From: Haplodiscus bocki
Taxonomy: Eukaryota
DNA length: 64,000 bases
Assembly (NCBI GenBank): GCA_965655095.1
Contig: OZ296651.1
Location: 52,204,001-52,268,000, forward strand
Direction of reading: 5' to 3'
A program made the position numbers and the translations under genes. How positions within the stretch are numbered: the stretch's first letter is position 1; each line of letters opens with the position of its first letter. Under the pieces are notes generated by a model. It did no database searches and was not told where the DNA came from. It worked only from the letters and a program-made list of their open reading frames with translations. Positions 62,333 through 64,000 of this stretch are shown in pieces.

Positions 62333-64000
62333 CTGTTGAAAATCACAAATTTCAAAAAAACAAACTCAACGTTGATAAGTTTTTGAGTCCTAATTTGTAG
62401 GCATAGATTTTCACGCATATTCAAGAATTGATGTGCTATCGAGATAGTCCACAAAATTTTGTAAGGTTAAATCTTGAAATGGTTTGGCTGAGTTGATGCA
62501 TAAGAAAATTTTAGTGTATTGAAAATGGATGATGCTAAGATGCCCCCTCCTTTGATTAAGCTGGTAAACCTCCGGCTTATTCGGCCGACGAGAGTTTTTC
62601 GTCGTAGCGTTGACAACTCGCATTTACTGCCAATTGCAATGCTACTCGTTTTACTTGCAGTGTGGTAGTTTGATCACGTGTTTCCAGATTTTTATCACGT
62701 GTTCGTGGGAATCGTGGATGCAGTGCCAACTTTTCCCGAGAAATTTTGATTTGGATTATTCTCGAAAATGTCGGACATGAATTGAACTACTCTTCGATAA
62801 AAATACTAGTGATGCACTTATCGAGCATGCTTCATTTTTTGCAGTTTTTGAAGTTTTTTTGGAAAAAAATTTCTTAATCTTTTTACATTTTGCGTCAAAC
62901 TCTCGATTTAGTGAAAAGGTCTCGATAACTTTTTGATACTTTTGATTAGAAACATGATCAAGACATTTTTCAAACTCTGTAACCCACAGTGATGTTGTTT
63001 CGTTTCAAGTTATCAAAAATTGGATTCTCGTTGGTTGCCAGATTTTCGAAGCTCCGCTTCGCCTCTGTGTTATACTTGCTCAAGCAATTGTTATGTCACA
63101 GGCTTCTGCCAATTTTCGATCCGTTCACAACCCTCATCGAGATTCTAATGTTCTGATTTTTTTCATGCGCTCTCGCTTTGTTCCAAAAATTTGATCAAGC
63201 ACTCTCGCTCTATGGTGCATTTGCACACGTGACCTATTTTGCAGCGTCCACGTTTGCTGGAAATGAGTTTTAGGGGCATGGAATATACTACCAATTGCGC
63301 TACTTCCGCTGATATTGGACAATTTTAAAATATTTCTTAAGTATTAAGCGAATCAAGAACGCTGTAGAGAAAAAAATGCATCTACAGAAAACTCCCCTGA
63401 AAGTTGCTCCTCAGATATTTTGGGAAGTGCTCAAAAATGGCTATTTGTGAAAATAACGGGAAAATATAAATTACGAAACTTTTGTCTTTTGTAGCTGACT
63501 TTTCTAAAGAAACTCATTGTGTTTGGAGAGATCTGTCGCTGAAACTTCTGTAACTGGCGTTCGATTACACGCTAGGCTTTTTCTGTTGCGGTTACTTTTT
63601 GACGTGACGGTATTGATATAATTCTATAACTTGTTCGATCACCAGTGTTCTTAGTCACGTGACCCCTTTTAAAATCAGTAATTTTTGTTTGATCTTGTGT
63701 TGGCGCAAGTGTTGCGAAGCACAGTTTCGCCTTTCTGTAATACGAATAATTTTAACTCGAAAATTGAAAAAATTCATCTGGAGTACAGACGAGGTGAATA
63801 GATTTCGAACACTTCCACGAACGGTGTATGGAGAGATGGGTGCGAAACGTGTATGGAGAAATGTATGACTCTGTTCAAGATTTTATTTGCGAAGTCAATA
63901 GCCAGTGGCTAAGAAGTTGGGATGTCACTCCGAATGTCTACGGTCGAATCGCAGCTCTGGTCAAGTTTTTTCCCACCCCTCTCTGTAAATCAGCATTTCT

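Overview
AT-rich, repeat-dense eukaryotic nuclear DNA, most likely from an invertebrate animal. It shows GT-AG introns and metazoan genes, with no prokaryotic features. Four host protein-coding loci are supported. (1) MED26, with an intronless 282-aa CDS at 18317-19165 (+). (2) About 0.9 kb downstream, a spliced gene (20045-21837, +) whose N-terminus aligns without gaps to the Scm3/HJURP CENP-A-chaperone helix, followed by a long low-complexity tail; this is the most interesting candidate in the window. (3) USP36/scrawny, with two coding exons at 43091-46650 (+). (4) The 3' exons of a single-pass membrane protein with a FNDC4/5/DUF4808-like transmembrane segment (62332-55834, -). There is also a probable decayed class-A GPCR pseudogene at about 24.4-25.9 kb (-). 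The rest is mostly transposon debris: nested, degenerate non-LTR retrotransposons; a FLYWCH-MULE DNA transposon and two GG-ended MITEs, each with a readable target-site duplication; and a Helitron/Helentron-like non-autonomous family, one copy of which carries a tRNA-like segment and a ~120-bp tandem array. All homology calls were made by eye from remembered family motifs; no database search was run.
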